Origin: Planctomycetota bacterium
Lineage (GTDB): Bacteria; Planctomycetota; Planctomycetia; Pirellulales; UBA1268
Reading direction: 5' to 3'
DNA: 52,357 nt
Assembly: GCA_037129495.1 (NCBI GenBank)
Contig: JBAXUW010000003.1
Location: forward strand, 1-52,357
Below are positions 42,741 through 52,092 of the stretch, piece after piece; position 1 is the first letter of the stretch, and each line of letters begins with the position of its first letter. The position numbers were made by a program, and so were the translations under genes. The notes below the pieces were generated by a model, which was not told the origin of the DNA, did not search any database, and worked only from the letters and a program-made list of their open reading frames with translations.

Positions 42741-43838
42741 TTACCTCACCACCCGCGCGCCGCCACCCTGGATTTGCTTCTCGACCTCGGCCCGAGTCGC
42801 CATTGAGGTGTCACCGGGAGTCGTTGAGGCGAGCGCGCCGTGGGCGGCACCGTAGTCGACCGCCTTTTGTGGGCAGTTCAATTCCAGAAACCCAAAGACG
42901 AGGCCGCTGGCAAAGCTGTCGCCACCGCCCACGCGGTCGAGAATCTCAAGCTCGGGATATTTTCGGCTGTCGTAAAACTTGCCGTCGTGCCAGAGGATCG
43001 CGCTCCAGTCGTTCTTCGTGGCTGTGATCACGCGGCGAAGCGTGGTGGCCGCCACCTTGAAATTCGGAAACTCTTTCACGGCCGTCTCGATCATCTTCCG
43101 GAAGGCGTCGGTTTCAATGGCGCTGATGTTGTGGTCGACGCCCTTCACCTCAAAGCCCAGCGACGCCGTGAAATCTTCCTCGTTGCCGATCATGACATCG
43201 ACGTGCCGGGCGATCTCGCGGTTTACCTCGCGGGCCTTCGTCTGCCCACCGATACTCTTCCAGAGACTCGGCCGGTAGTTGAGATCGTAGGAGACGATTG
43301 TGCCATGCTTCTTGGCGGCCCTCACCGCCTCGACCGTCAGGGCGGCCGTCGTCTCTGACAGAGCGGCAAAGATCCCGCCGGTGTGAAACCATCGCACGCC
43401 GAGCGTGCCGAAGAGCCGGTCCCAGTCGATGTCGCCCGGCTTTAACTGGCTGGCGGCTGTGTTGCCCCGGTCGGGCACGCCCACCGCTCCGCGGATACCG
43501 AAGCCCCGCTCGGTGAAGTTAAGCCCGTTGCGAACACTCCGACCAATGCCGTCATCGGGCCGCCAGACGAGGAAGTCGGTGTTGACGCCCCCCTGCATGA
43601 TGAAGTCTTCGACGAGGTGGCCGACCTCGTTGTCCACAAAGGCCGACACCACCGCCGTCTTGAGTCCGAAGCACTTCCGCAGGCCGCGGGCTACGTTGTA
43701 CTCACCGCCCCCCTCCCAAACTTTAAAATCGCGGGCCGTGCGAATTCGACCCTCGCCTGGATCCAGTCGGAGCATGACTTCTCCAAGTGAGATCTGATCA
43801 AACGCACACAGATCCTTGGACTTCATCGGAAGAGACAT
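42741..43838 (-). CDS. kdgK: PfkB family sugar kinase, 2-dehydro-3-deoxygluconokinase-like
   Basis: SLGEVMLRLDP, GGGEYNVA, WFHTGGI, SYDLNYRPSLW, IGNEED, anion hole DRVGGGDSFASG. Confidence 0.88.
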   Translation of the reverse strand: MSLPMKSKDLCAFDQISLGEVMLRLDPGEGRIRTARDFKVWEGGGEYNVARGLRKCFGLKTAVVSAFVDNEVGHLVEDFIMQGGVNTDFLVWRPDDGIGRSVRNGLNFTERGFGIRGAVGVPDRGNTAASQLKPGDIDWDRLFGTLGVRWFHTGGIFAALSETTAALTVEAVRAAKKHGTIVSYDLNYRPSLWKSIGGQTKAREVNREIARHVDVMIGNEEDFTASLGFEVKGVDHNISAIETDAFRKMIETAVKEFPNFKVAATTLRRVITATKNDWSAILWHDGKFYDSRKYPELEILDRVGGGDSFASGLVFGFLELNCPQKAVDYGAAHGALASTTPGDTSMATRAEVEKQIQGGGARVVR

Positions 43839-43888
43839 AATGGCTCCGGGCGTTCGATGGCGTTCGAGAGATTTACTGAGGGGCAGGA

Positions 43889-44977
43889 TTAGACAGTTTT
43901 GAGCATCGCGATGTTGAGCTCTGGCGTTCCCGCTTCATGAGCGATTTCATTCAAGGCCTCGACTTCCGCCTGTGAGAAGAGCAGGCCGCCCGCCTGTTCG
44001 CTCCGCCTGGCAGACTCGGCCTCCAGTTGCCCGGGTAGCATGCAGAGGTCGTTCCCATGGCCGAGAATATCAGCCAGCACGGCCTTGACGTTGGCCGCCT
44101 GGTTGCGGCCCTGAGCGAAGACGCCACCTGAGATCGCGTCTGGATGGATGACCTGAAAGAAGAACGTGCACGACTGCTTCTCGCCCGCCACCAGGCTACG
44201 GCTGCGAAGTGTGGGGAGCGAACCACCGATATAGCCGGCGACGATCTCGTTGATCAACGACAGGCCGTAGCCCTTGTGGTCGCCGAATGGCAAGAGGTAT
44301 ACCGCCTGATCGGGATCGGTCGTTGGCTGGCCGTCCTTGTCGACCGCAGCATGTGGCGGGAGTGATTTCCCCTCGCGTTTGAGCTGCTGCACGCGGCCCA
44401 TCGCGATCACCGAGGTGGCCCAGTCGATCACGATTGGATACCCGATGGCATCCGTCGTCGGAAAGCCCCACGAATGCGGATTCGTGCCGAGCGTGGGAAA
44501 CTTCCCCTTAAACGGCACGACTTCCGCCAGCGACGCCGTACAGTTTGTGTAGGCAATGTAGCCCTTCTTTGCAGCCTCCATCACATACCCACCACCCCAC
44601 AGATAATGGAAGGCGTTGTCAATCGAGACGGTACCCGTGCCGTGCCTGTCGGCCAGTTTCATGCAGGTGTTGATTGCCTCCCAGGCCACTGCCTGCCCGA
44701 GCTTCTTTTGGGCGTCCCAGACCTCGGCTGCGTCAAACCGGCTGGGGAGCTTCTTGATCGTCGCCTTTGGCACGCAGCCTCCAGCCTTCGATCCAAAGAG
44801 GTCGTCGAGATGCATGGCCTTGATGGCGTTGTGTGTGCGGATGCCGTGCCGTGTGGCGGCCGTAGCCAGTTTCACTGCCTGCTCAGCCTCGGCCCCGTCG
44901 AAGCCACGATGCAGATAAGCCGACCGGACGATCGACTCGTGGGCGTCGACCGGCACAACAAAAAACGTTTCCGCCAT
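43889..44977 (-). CDS. Ldh_2 family oxidoreductase (malate/L-lactate dehydrogenase, YiaK/AllD-like)
   Basis: GIRTHN, LGTNPHSWGFP, IDWATSVIAMGRV, LPFGDHKGYGLSL, LPGQLE. Confidence 0.85.
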   Translation of the reverse strand: MAETFFVVPVDAHESIVRSAYLHRGFDGAEAEQAVKLATAATRHGIRTHNAIKAMHLDDLFGSKAGGCVPKATIKKLPSRFDAAEVWDAQKKLGQAVAWEAINTCMKLADRHGTGTVSIDNAFHYLWGGGYVMEAAKKGYIAYTNCTASLAEVVPFKGKFPTLGTNPHSWGFPTTDAIGYPIVIDWATSVIAMGRVQQLKREGKSLPPHAAVDKDGQPTTDPDQAVYLLPFGDHKGYGLSLINEIVAGYIGGSLPTLRSRSLVAGEKQSCTFFFQVIHPDAISGGVFAQGRNQAANVKAVLADILGHGNDLCMLPGQLEAESARRSEQAGGLLFSQAEVEALNEIAHEAGTPELNIAMLKTV

Positions 44978-45016
44978 GAGGATTCAAAACCTTTGAGAGG
45001 GGTCGGAAAGGTGGCC

Positions 45017-46000
45017 TCAGACACACCGCGTGACCGGCACCTCGGGATTCACTTGAGCCAGTGGCTTTTCGCCGTGCAGCGCCCGGATCAGGTTGGTGAC
45101 GGCCGCCAGCGCCTGCCGCTGCACGCTCTCGGCGGTCCGCGAGCCGATGTGCGGCGTGACGATGCAGTTGGAGAGTTTGGTCAGCGGATGGTCGGCCCGC
45201 GGCGGCTCCTCGTCGAGCACGTCGGTGCCGTACCCACGAACATGGCCCGACTCAAGCGCCGCAGCGATGTCGGCTGTGTTGACGATCTCACCGCGGGCAC
45301 AGTTTAAAATGAGAACCCCCGGCTTCATGCTCGCGATCGACTCAGCCCGGATCAGGTCGCGGGTCTCGGGCGTGAGGTTTGTATGAAGCGAGAGATAGTC
45401 GGCCACGGCGTAGATCTCGTCGATCGCTGCTGCCCGGATGATGCCGGCTTGAGTGGCAAACGTTTCGTCCCAATAGACGCCGTAGCCGATGACGTTCATG
45501 CCGAAGGCCCGCGCCCGGATCGCCACCTCCTTGCCAATCCGACCCATGCCAATGATGCCGATCGTCTTCCCAAGCAGTTCATGGCCGGTCTGCCGCTTCC
45601 AGCCGCCCGCCCGGGTGGAATCGACATGAAAGAGAAAATGTTTCTCAAGCGCCAGCAAAAGTAGAAACGTGTGCTCGGCGACAGTCGTGTGGTTGACACC
45701 AGGGGTAAAGAGCAGCGGGATGCCAAACTCTGTACAGCTCTTAACGTCGATCTTGTCGACGCCGATGCCGTATTTACTCAAGACCTTCAGTCGCGGTCGG
45801 GACTTTTCCAGGACGGCCCGGGTGATCCTGTCGTCGCCACAGATAAAGCCGTCAATGTCACCAACGAGGGTGAGTGTATCGGCCTCAGAGAGGGGGCCGC
45901 GGGCGGTGACGATCTCCCAGCCGGTGTCGGCGAGTGTCTTGTGATGGTCGCCGGGAGTTTCTTGAAAGGATGTGGTGGTAACCAGAATACGGGGCTGCAT
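45017..46000 (-). CDS. D-isomer-specific 2-hydroxyacid dehydrogenase (SerA catalytic-domain-like, no ACT)
   Basis: SKYGIGVDKID, NHTTVAEH, GIIGMGRIG, LNCARG, DVLDEEP, TPHIGSRT. Confidence 0.9.
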   Translation of the reverse strand: MQPRILVTTTSFQETPGDHHKTLADTGWEIVTARGPLSEADTLTLVGDIDGFICGDDRITRAVLEKSRPRLKVLSKYGIGVDKIDVKSCTEFGIPLLFTPGVNHTTVAEHTFLLLLALEKHFLFHVDSTRAGGWKRQTGHELLGKTIGIIGMGRIGKEVAIRARAFGMNVIGYGVYWDETFATQAGIIRAAAIDEIYAVADYLSLHTNLTPETRDLIRAESIASMKPGVLILNCARGEIVNTADIAAALESGHVRGYGTDVLDEEPPRADHPLTKLSNCIVTPHIGSRTAESVQRQALAAVTNLIRALHGEKPLAQVNPEVPVTRCV

Positions 46001-46077
46001 TGAGTTCTCCAGACAAGCTTGGGCCCTCACAAAATTATAGGAATTGCGGCGAAATCACAATTCGGTCGCTGCGGCCG

Positions 46078-46686
46078 CTATGAAGAACCCAGCCCGATCA
46101 CCCGCTCGTCGACAAACGGCTGCAATAGGCTCACGGTTGTGCCGGTCCATTTCCAGAGATGACAAAACCGACGGTCGGCGCCGGCACCGACCGTGCCGGT
46201 GCGGTGCAGCCAGTACGACTCGCCATCCCCTAGCGGCCATTGCTGAAATGCCGCCCACCGCTGCGGTGGCACGCGGGTCTTCAGCCAGTTCCAATGGTTG
46301 ATGTGGTGCCGATAGTCGGGATCAGGATGGCCGATGCACCAGAGCCTGTATTCACGCTCGGTAACGCAGGCGAATCGGTCGCGCCATGTGGCCATGAGGG
46401 GGGCGTCGCGGTCCAAAATATCGATGGCCGCGCCGATGCCGGCAGTGGTGGTGGTGAGCACGATCGCCGGCTCGGGATCGAGGCCTCGCTGCCTGACCGC
46501 GGTCCCACGCTCAACGAGCAGGCCGGTGAGGTCTGAGTCGACCCAGGTCACCAAATGGGCCGCGAGCACCGCCCGCTCTGCCGCCCGCTCCGCTGGGGTG
46601 CCGGCAACGGCAGCTGACTGAACGTGGCGGGCGGCCGCGGCCGACAACCGTAGCCCGTCGAGCCAGGCCTGGGTATCAGGGGTCAT
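46078..46686 (-). CDS. Hypothetical protein (Trp/His-rich C-terminal half)
   Basis: 202-aa ORF that fills the gap with plausible codon use. No family recognised. Confidence 0.6.
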   Translation of the reverse strand: MTPDTQAWLDGLRLSAAAARHVQSAAVAGTPAERAAERAVLAAHLVTWVDSDLTGLLVERGTAVRQRGLDPEPAIVLTTTTAGIGAAIDILDRDAPLMATWRDRFACVTEREYRLWCIGHPDPDYRHHINHWNWLKTRVPPQRWAAFQQWPLGDGESYWLHRTGTVGAGADRRFCHLWKWTGTTVSLLQPFVDERVIGLGSS

Positions 46687-46774
46687 GGCGTGGATTGCCC
46701 ATAAAAAACACCGGCCTCTGCGGACAAGGTATTATCAGCGAGTCATTCTCCGCCGCGGTCATACGGGTGCAACC

Positions 46775-47302
46775 ATGTCGAAACAATCGCCAGGCTCAGC
46801 CCCGCTCGTCTGCATCGTTATGGGAGTCTGTGGGAGCGGCAAAACAAAGGTGGGCCAACTCCTCGCGGCCAAACTGGGGTTTGTATTTCACGATGCCGAC
46901 GACTTCCATCCCCCGGAAAACGTTGCCCTCATGCGTCAGGGAATTCCGCTGGACGACGAGAAACGGCAGCCCTGGCTAGACCGCCTCCGGCGTCTGATCG
47001 ACGAGGCGGTGGTCTCTCGCCAAGGCATCGTGCTGGCGTGCTCGGCACTCAAACGCAGCTACCGCCTTCGCATGGGCGGTCGCGAGCCACAGGTGGTGCT
47101 GATCCACCTCGATGGATCGGAAGCCTTGATCCGCGAACGCCTCGAGCAGCGCACTGGGCATTTTATGCCCGCGTCGCTGCTCGCCAGTCAGTGTGCGCTG
47201 CTCGAGCGTCCAACGGTAGATGAGGCCGCGATCGTCGCCGATATCACCCCACCGCCCGCTGTGATTATAGAGACGATCTTGGCAGCCCTTGCCGCACGCT
47301 GA
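46775..47302 (+). CDS. gntK: Gluconokinase (GntK/IdnK)
   Basis: IVMGVCGSGKT, DADDFHPPEN, GIPLDDEKRQPWL, LACSALKRSYR, GHFMPASLLASQ. Confidence 0.92.
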   Translation: MSKQSPGSAPLVCIVMGVCGSGKTKVGQLLAAKLGFVFHDADDFHPPENVALMRQGIPLDDEKRQPWLDRLRRLIDEAVVSRQGIVLACSALKRSYRLRMGGREPQVVLIHLDGSEALIRERLEQRTGHFMPASLLASQCALLERPTVDEAAIVADITPPPAVIIETILAALAAR

Positions 47303-47341
47303 TGTCCGCAGGTTCGGGCCACCTGCTCCCCATGAGGTGAA

Positions 47342-47527
47342 CTACTTGTTGAGGAACTGCTGACGCAGCCACTCGTTCTTCCGCTTCTCAAGCTCGACAA
47401 GCTTTTTAACCGGACCCCGGCGGGTCGCGGTGCTCTCCGAGTTGTTCATACGCGACTGCGAGGCAGACGCGGTGCTGGCGATGACGAGGCTGGAAAGGAT
47501 AGCAAAGACGAAAACGATCCGACGCAT
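47342..47527 (-). CDS. Small secreted protein (61 aa)
   Basis: MRRIVFVFAILSSLVIASTASA signal peptide, then a basic amphipathic helix ..GPVKKLVELEKRKNEWLRQQFLNK. AGGAG upstream. Confidence 0.65.
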   Translation of the reverse strand: MRRIVFVFAILSSLVIASTASASQSRMNNSESTATRRGPVKKLVELEKRKNEWLRQQFLNK

Positions 47528-47750
47528 GAGGGGGGCTCCTGCAGGGGACTGGGATGAGGGCATCGCACGCCACGGGGCACGTCGCCGCGGGAACTGTGTG
47601 ACCTTGTCTGTCGTCGACACCGTGGGCTGTCTGAAATCAGCAGTCGTCAGCGCGGCTGCGCACGAGACATAAACCACACGTCCGGTGCGCACGGCATTCC
47701 GGGCAAGGCTCGTACAACCGGACGCGCGGATGTTGCCTCTTTCCCTCGCC

Positions 47751-47819
47751 GTGGGATAAGTTTTCCAACGTGTCGCTTTTGTCCCCCGTGGCATAAGTTT
47801 TTAGAGCTTTCCAATCCGT
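47751..47819 (+). repeat. Two tandem REP-like motifs
   Basis: GTGGGATAAGTTTTCCAACGTGTC (47751-47774) and GTGGCATAAGTTTTTAGAGCTTTCCAATCCGT (47788-47819). Confidence 0.82.
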
Positions 47820-47845
47820 TTTGCGACCCGCTGTGGTGCTGCAGC

Positions 47846-47959
47846 GCCGGGCCGAAAGAAGTCTCCTTCGCGGCGACTTTCGTCGTGGGGCTTGTGAGGA
47901 GATCAGACCTTGGCAGGGCGAAATTCCAACGCTCGTCGAGCTTCAGCCGTTCCTGGCTC
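47846..47959 (+). repeat. 114-bp REP-associated module, copy 2
   Basis: About 88% identical to 34051-34164, at a similar distance downstream of a REP copy ending CCAATCCGT. Confidence 0.9.
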
Positions 47960-48011
47960 TCCGGATTTCAGTGGGTTCGTTTTTACCTCTTAAAATCTGT
48001 GCCGTAGCTCT

Positions 48012-50597
48012 CTAACGGCGGCCTGATTGACCGCCGGTGAGCGGGTCTTCGGGCCAGGCATGCTTGGGATAGCGGCGGCGGAGTTCTTTCCGCACCTCGG
48101 CGTAAGTGGTTTTCCAGAAACTGGCCAGATCGCTGGTGACCTGCTGCGGACGGTGGTTGGGCCCAAGCAGATGGAGCAGCACCGGCACGCGGCCGCCGGC
48201 CACCGTGGGCGTCTCACGGACGCCGAAAAGCTCTTGAATCCGCACCGCCAAGATCGGAGCCTTTCCCGTCTCGTAAGCCAGTTTGTAGCGTTTGCCAGTG
48301 GGGAGCTCGAGCTGTTGTGGCGCCAGTCGGTCGATCTCCGCCAGTCGGTCGTAGCCGACGAGCCCTTGGAGCCGCGAGAGCCAATCAGCCGTGGCGATCT
48401 CGTCAAGTGAACGGAGGCCGGAGCAAACCTCTGGCAGGAGCGCAGCGAGGTCGGCGGTGGCTAGGGACGGCAGGCCGAGGTCGGGCGCGGCCGTGGCCAG
48501 CCAGCAGAGTCGGGCCAGAAAACTCCCGGCCGCGGTGTCGTTGCCAGGCAGCAGGCGGGCGAGCTGCGGGAGGGCCTCCGCGGCGAGGAGTTGCGAAGCG
48601 GCCGCCTGATCGCGGATCGCGATAGGGGTCTCGTCGAGAACGAGGTCGTTCCAATATCTTCTCCGGCGGGCCTCGACCTGCCGCCGCGACGGGTGGTAGA
48701 GCAGCTCCTCGACTGTCCGAAGGTTGGTGGCGGCCAGCGGGTCGGCCTCGAGCCAGGCCGGTTCGACGGCCGACGCCTGTCGCACCGCGGCCTCGCCGCC
48801 CGCGTCGCTGAGATCGATCGCGAGGAAAAATGGCTCTTGCCGCACGCGGGAGCCGCCGTCGAGCCGCACTCCCCTGCCCCCGACCATCGTGCCGCGGTCC
48901 TGCGCGCCGGGGCGGAGCCGCACGAGCCGGTCGGGAAACGCCTCAAGAAGTGCCTGCATGAGGGCCGTCTCAGGCTCAGCCGCGCGGGGGGCAAGATCCC
49001 TGTCAACGAGCCGATAGAGCTGCTCCGCCGCCCGCAGCACGTTGTGTGCGCCGCCTGGATGCAGTTCAAGGTCGGTCCGGCTGGGTGGGAGGCCGGCATG
49101 AAACCCCTGCAGGGCCGCCACACGATCGACAACGTCTGAGCGGATCCGCACCGTGACCCGGTCGCGAGGGCCCGGCCGGCCGTGGCTGCCGGCGCGAAAC
49201 GGATCCCGCTCGGAAAGGAGCGCGGCGGCGATTGAGGTCTCGCGGAGCACACCATGCCGGCCGCCGGCCAGCAGCAGTCGGGCCAGCCGGGGATGCGCGG
49301 GGAGGCGTGCCAATTCCTCGCCCAGCGGCGTGACACGATCGGCGGATGCTGTCTCGCTGAGTTCGATGGCACCGAGCTGGTGGAGTAGCCGTCGGGCATT
49401 TTCCAGACTGTCGGCAGGCGGCACATCGAGCCAGGGAAAGTCACGCTGTTCGCCGACCGTCAGCAGATGAAGCAGCGGCCCGGCGAGATCGCCGCGAAGG
49501 GCCTCGGGCGTATCGGCGGTTGGTCGGTGATGGTGCGAGGCCTCATCCCAGAGCCGCCAGCAGATGCCGGGGCCGGTGCGTCCTGCTCGCCCGGCCCGCT
49601 GCTCAGCCGACGCCTTTGAAATCTGGATCAGTTCCAGGCGAGGCAGGCCCGTCTCGGGCGACACACGGAGCTGGCGAGCGAGCCCAGAGTCGATTACGGC
49701 TGTGATGCCCGGGATCGTGAGCGAGGTCTCGGCGACGTTGGTGGCAAGGATGATCTTCCGCCGGCCCGTATCGGTGAGCACGCGGTCTTGCTGCTCTGGC
49801 GGCAGGTCGCCAAAGAGCGGTAACAGCGCGTGGCCCTGCCGCTCGGCAAACGCTGCCAGTTCCCGTTCACACCGCATGATCTCGCCGACGCCCGGCAGAA
49901 ATACGAGCACATGGCCGGACGTGCCACGGACTGCCTCAGGCACGGCGGTGGTGACTTGTTCGATCAGGTCACGTTGTTCGCCGCGGCTAGCAAACCGCAT
50001 CTCGACTGGAAAGACACGGCCCTGGGCCGACACGACAGGGCAGGGCGAGCCCCCCTGCCCCCCAGCGCCGAGGAGACGGGCCACCGGCTCCGCGGCCAGT
50101 GTCGCGCTCATCACCACGATCCGGAGGTCGGGCCTCACGGTCTGCCGCAGGCGGACGAGAAGACCGAGCACGAGGTCCATTTCGATCGTGCGTTCGTGAA
50201 ACTCGTCGAGCACGACCGCCCCGATCCGATCCAGCGAGATGTCGCCGAGCAGCCGCCTGAGCATGATGCCGGTGGTCTCGACGACGAGCCGCGTGTCGCG
50301 ACTCACACACGAGTCAAACCTCACCTGATAGCCCACCTCGCCACCGAGCACCACGGCGCGGAGTTTCGCGATCTGATGAGCTACGGCCCGCGCTGCCAGT
50401 CGCCGCGGCTGCAGCAAGACGAGCCGCTCACGCGGCGGCAGGTCGTCGAGAATCGCCGCTGGCACAAGCATCGTCTTGCCGGAGCCAGGCGGCGCGGTGA
50501 CGACAACGGCCCCGGTCCGCGACGCCGCCACGACGTCGCTGAGAACCTCGGCCACGGGCAGATCGGCAGGCAGCAGTGGGCGAGCGGATAGACTCAT
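48012..50597 (-). CDS. hrpB: ATP-dependent helicase HrpB
   Basis: APPGSGKT, QPRRLAAR, LDEFHER, MSATL, VFLPG, ATNVAETSLTI, QRAGRAGR, C-terminal LAVRIQELFG..LHLLGPNHRPQQVTSDLASFW..KHAWPEDP. Confidence 0.96.
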   Translation of the reverse strand: MSLSARPLLPADLPVAEVLSDVVAASRTGAVVVTAPPGSGKTMLVPAAILDDLPPRERLVLLQPRRLAARAVAHQIAKLRAVVLGGEVGYQVRFDSCVSRDTRLVVETTGIMLRRLLGDISLDRIGAVVLDEFHERTIEMDLVLGLLVRLRQTVRPDLRIVVMSATLAAEPVARLLGAGGQGGSPCPVVSAQGRVFPVEMRFASRGEQRDLIEQVTTAVPEAVRGTSGHVLVFLPGVGEIMRCERELAAFAERQGHALLPLFGDLPPEQQDRVLTDTGRRKIILATNVAETSLTIPGITAVIDSGLARQLRVSPETGLPRLELIQISKASAEQRAGRAGRTGPGICWRLWDEASHHHRPTADTPEALRGDLAGPLLHLLTVGEQRDFPWLDVPPADSLENARRLLHQLGAIELSETASADRVTPLGEELARLPAHPRLARLLLAGGRHGVLRETSIAAALLSERDPFRAGSHGRPGPRDRVTVRIRSDVVDRVAALQGFHAGLPPSRTDLELHPGGAHNVLRAAEQLYRLVDRDLAPRAAEPETALMQALLEAFPDRLVRLRPGAQDRGTMVGGRGVRLDGGSRVRQEPFFLAIDLSDAGGEAAVRQASAVEPAWLEADPLAATNLRTVEELLYHPSRRQVEARRRRYWNDLVLDETPIAIRDQAAASQLLAAEALPQLARLLPGNDTAAGSFLARLCWLATAAPDLGLPSLATADLAALLPEVCSGLRSLDEIATADWLSRLQGLVGYDRLAEIDRLAPQQLELPTGKRYKLAYETGKAPILAVRIQELFGVRETPTVAGGRVPVLLHLLGPNHRPQQVTSDLASFWKTTYAEVRKELRRRYPKHAWPEDPLTGGQSGRR

Positions 50598-50739
50598 AAG
50601 AAATCAGTGGCAAGGAAAAGGGAAAAGGAAAAGGTGGCAGCCACAAATATAGGGAAGACAGGTAAGCTGCCTGCGGAGATTTCCCAGATTTGGTGCCAGG
50701 CACTGTTTTTCCCGTTTTTCGTTTTGAGAAGGACATTCC

Positions 50740-52092
50740 ATGCGTTGGAGAAGTTGCTTTACGGCGACCGTGCTTGTGCACGGAGCCTTCGCGATGGGCC
50801 CATGGGCGCACGCCCAAGAGTGGTCGCAGTTTCGCGGTGGGCCGGCGCTCGGCATCACGACCGCGGCCAATCTGCCGACGCAGTGGAGTAACACCGACCA
50901 TCTGGCATGGCGGACCGCCATTCCCGGAGCGGGCTGGTCACAGCCGATTGTCTCCGGCGGCAGGATTTTCCTGACGACCGCCGTCGACCCCAAGGCCAAC
51001 CGACCCAGTGGCATGGGGGGCGCGATGTCGTTCTCGACGTGGGGCATGGCGTCAACGCCGAAAAACCCTGTGCAATGGCGGGTGCTCTGCCTCGATCCGG
51101 CAGACGGAAAAATTCTCTGGACGAAGACCGTCGTGGAGGCGGTGCCGCAGTTTGGCAAGCATGCGTCCAACACCTACGCGACCGAAACACCCTGCGCGTC
51201 AGACGACACTATCTTCGCGTTTTTCGGTGGCACCGGCACGCTCGCCGCCCTCGACCGGGAGGGGAACGAACGCTGGCGGCGAAACTTTGGTCCCCAGCCG
51301 ATCCAAAACCAGTTCGGCACCGGCTCGTCCCCCGTTTTCCATCGCGATCCCGCGGGCGACCGCTTGCTGCTGCAGCTCTACAACGAAGACTCCGCCCGGC
51401 TCTATTGCATCGACCCGCAGACGGGCCGCGATCTCTGGACCGCCGATCGAAACAAGGGCACGTCGTGGAGCACACCCGTAGTGTGGAACAACAGCGGCAC
51501 CCCCGAGGTGATCACGGCCGGTCAGGGCTCGGTGATCGCCTACGGCATCGCTGACGGTAACGAACGCTGGCGGCTCGGCGGCCTCGACACTTCGTTTGCG
51601 TGTTCGGTTGTCGCCGATGCCGACGGCGTCTACTTCGGCACGTCGAGCCCCGGCAGCAAGGCGCCCGTGTATGCGATCAACCGTGGCCACCTCGGCGATC
51701 TGACGCCAGCGAAGGTGGGGAGTGCGACGGCGGCCGTGCCCTGGTCGAGGAATAAGAGCGGCGCAGGGATGCCGTCGCCGGTTGTCGTGGGGAATCTCAT
51801 CTATTTCTTCGGCGACAAGGCAGTCTGCTACGACAAGACGACCGGCGCTGAAAAATATCGCAAGCGGTTACCGAACGGCACAACGGCCGTTGGCTGTCCG
51901 CTGGTGATTGGCAACAAGATCTATCTTGTCAACGAACTGGGCCGGACAGTCGTGCTGGAGGCGGGGCCTGAATTGAAGGTGCTCGCCGAGTCGGCGATCG
52001 GCACCGATAATGAGGTTTTCTGGGCAACCCCGGCCGTCGCGGGCGATGCTTTACTGATCCGCTCCTCAGACGCCGTCTATTGCATTCGCTAA
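50740..52092 (+). CDS. Secreted PQQ-like beta-propeller protein (BamB-like; expanded in Planctomycetota)
   Basis: EWSQFRG, LPTQWS, GWSQPIV, ETPC, GTGSSPV, SWSTPVVW, MPSPV, WATPA, LIRS..VYCI. Confidence 0.85.
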   Translation: MRWRSCFTATVLVHGAFAMGPWAHAQEWSQFRGGPALGITTAANLPTQWSNTDHLAWRTAIPGAGWSQPIVSGGRIFLTTAVDPKANRPSGMGGAMSFSTWGMASTPKNPVQWRVLCLDPADGKILWTKTVVEAVPQFGKHASNTYATETPCASDDTIFAFFGGTGTLAALDREGNERWRRNFGPQPIQNQFGTGSSPVFHRDPAGDRLLLQLYNEDSARLYCIDPQTGRDLWTADRNKGTSWSTPVVWNNSGTPEVITAGQGSVIAYGIADGNERWRLGGLDTSFACSVVADADGVYFGTSSPGSKAPVYAINRGHLGDLTPAKVGSATAAVPWSRNKSGAGMPSPVVVGNLIYFFGDKAVCYDKTTGAEKYRKRLPNGTTAVGCPLVIGNKIYLVNELGRTVVLEAGPELKVLAESAIGTDNEVFWATPAVAGDALLIRSSDAVYCIR

